Part shown: positions 62,659 to 64,000 of the stretch, piece after piece
Layout: each line of letters starts with the position of its first letter
Numbering within the stretch: the first letter of the stretch is position 1
NCBI GenBank assembly: GCA_963735895.1
Contig: CAVTMQ010000002.1
Location: 305,938-369,937, forward strand
From: an uncultured Acidobacteriaceae bacterium
GTDB lineage: Bacteria > Acidobacteriota > Terriglobia > Terriglobales > Acidobacteriaceae
Length of the DNA stretch: 64,000 nt
Direction of reading: 5' to 3'
Notes under the pieces: model-generated
Told to the model about the DNA's origin: nothing
The model's input: the letters and a program-made list of their open reading frames with translations, nothing else
Databases searched by the model: none
Position numbers and translations under genes: made by a program

Positions 62659-63744
62659 ATGGACACCCCCAACGAGCTCAATGAGGTCGTTCTTCCGCAG
62701 ACTGTCGTCGGTCCGCTGACTCGGTCGGCGATCTTTCTGGTCCTGAGCATCCACCAAGACGAGGACGCTTACGCGCGTATGCGCGCCTTTTGTGCGGGTC
62801 TCTCCGGGCTGATTCGCGCGGTGGAGTTTCGCGATGTAGAGGCGGGCCTTACCTGCATCGCCGGATTCGGGTCTGAGGCCTGGGACAAGCTCTTTGCGGC
62901 GCCTCGTCCGGCCGAGCTGCATCCGTTTCAAGAGATTCGCTCGGGGGGACGCCATGCCGTCTCCACGCCCGGAGACGTTCTCTTCCACATTCGAGCCAAA
63001 CGCATGGACCTCTGTTTCGAACTGGCTACGCAGATCATGGAGAGCATCGGGGATGTCGTCTCGGTGGCCGACGAGGTACACGGCTTCCGCTATTTCGACG
63101 ACCGCGATGTCATGGGATTCGTCGACGGCACAGAGAATCCGCGAGGAGATGCGGCGCGCGAGGCCGCGATCGTCGGCGGCGAAGACCCGGCCTTTGCCGG
63201 CGGCAGCTACGTTATCGTGCAGAAGTACATTCATGATCTGAAGGCGTGGAATGCGCTTCCGGTTGAGACGCAGGAACGCATCATTGGCCGTCGCAAACTC
63301 TCTGACGTGGAACTCAGCGATGAGGACAAGCCTGCGTACGCGCACAACGCGCTCACCAATATTGAGGAGAATGGACGCCAGCTGCAGATCCTGCGGGATA
63401 ACATGCCCTTCGGGCGTCCGGGTCACGGCGAATTCGGAACCTACTTTATCGGCTACAGCCGCACACCGCGGGTCACCGAGATCATGCTTGAGAACATGTT
63501 TGTCGGCCGGCCGCCGGGAAACTACGATCGGCTGCTTGATTTCAGCCGGCCCGCAACGGGCAGCTTATTCTTCGTGCCATCGGCAACATTTCTCGACAAC
63601 GTCACTGCAGGCGCACCGGATGCAGCAGAAAATGGGAAGGAACCGTCTGCCGAAGCGCCTTCGCCGGAGCCTTTACCTGCGCCCGCCGCTGCGCGCGACA
63701 CATCGCTCGGAATAGGATCACTGAAGGGAGAGAACGATGAATAA
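62659..63744 (+). CDS. DyP-type peroxidase with C-terminal encapsulin-targeting peptide
   Basis: GFVDGTENP, VQKYIHD, IIGR.K, ILRDNMPFG; flexible linker then DTSLGIGSLKG. Confidence 0.95.
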   Translation: MDTPNELNEVVLPQTVVGPLTRSAIFLVLSIHQDEDAYARMRAFCAGLSGLIRAVEFRDVEAGLTCIAGFGSEAWDKLFAAPRPAELHPFQEIRSGGRHAVSTPGDVLFHIRAKRMDLCFELATQIMESIGDVVSVADEVHGFRYFDDRDVMGFVDGTENPRGDAAREAAIVGGEDPAFAGGSYVIVQKYIHDLKAWNALPVETQERIIGRRKLSDVELSDEDKPAYAHNALTNIEENGRQLQILRDNMPFGRPGHGEFGTYFIGYSRTPRVTEIMLENMFVGRPPGNYDRLLDFSRPATGSLFFVPSATFLDNVTAGAPDAAENGKEPSAEAPSPEPLPAPAAARDTSLGIGSLKGENDE

Positions 63745-64000
63745 CCTCCATCGGGAGCTAGCGCCCGTCTCTGACTTAGCATGGGCGCAAATCGAAGACG
63801 AGACGACGAGAACGCTGAAACGCTATCTCGCTGGGCGACGCATTGTGGATGTTCCTTCGCCGGGAGGAATTGCGCTGCCTGGCGTTGGGACCGGGCACCT
63901 GAAGTCAATCTCCGCTCCCGATGAGGGCATCATCGCAAGGCAGCGCGAGGTGAAACCGCTGGTGGAGCTGCGGGTTCCGTTTGAACTGTTGCGTCAGACG
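63737..64000 (+). CDS. Family 1 encapsulin shell protein (linocin M18/CFP29-like), truncated by the window edge
   Basis: MNNLHRELAPVSDLAWAQIEDETTRTLKRYLAGRRIVDV...VGTGHL...PLVELRVPF; overlaps the DyP stop. Confidence 0.95.
   Translation, partial: MNNLHRELAPVSDLAWAQIEDETTRTLKRYLAGRRIVDVPSPGGIALPGVGTGHLKSISAPDEGIIARQREVKPLVELRVPFELLRQT

Overview
A 64-kb, GC-rich chromosomal segment, most likely from an Acidobacteriota (Terriglobia/Acidobacteriaceae-like) genome. This is inferred from an ADOP-type duplicated orphan permease, an acidobacterial-style VWA protein and the overall gene content. It is mostly core/envelope DNA: the tail of a PilM/N/O-type pilus/T2SS assembly operon, iscA/erpA, an S55 peptidase, an alcohol dehydrogenase, hslR, lolE, ltaE, uvrA, pyrE, OmpA, uvrC, an APC permease, two STAS proteins, ruvC, rsmA, glgA, a bacterioferritin-like protein, argJ, Wzi, and a DyP-encapsulin operon at the right edge. 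No rRNA, tRNA, CRISPR array, transposase or prophage was recognised. Several genes (beta-propeller protein, lolE, HAD hydrolase, uvrA, ADOP) carry multiple small indels that look like long-read consensus errors. The most striking unexplained signal is a self-contained minus-strand transcription unit at about 50457-50831. It has a canonical sigma70-type promoter, a 20-nt stretch complementary to the 3' end of 16S rRNA (hyper-extended Shine-Dalgarno), a 16-codon ORF whose UAG lies in the bulge of a long-range closing helix, a ~220-nt multibranch RNA fold and an intrinsic terminator. Second, two families of palindromic REP-like repeats occur inside the coding sequences of both uvrA and uvrC, and one of them also occurs between genes. 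All product calls come from motif recognition by eye; no searches were run.
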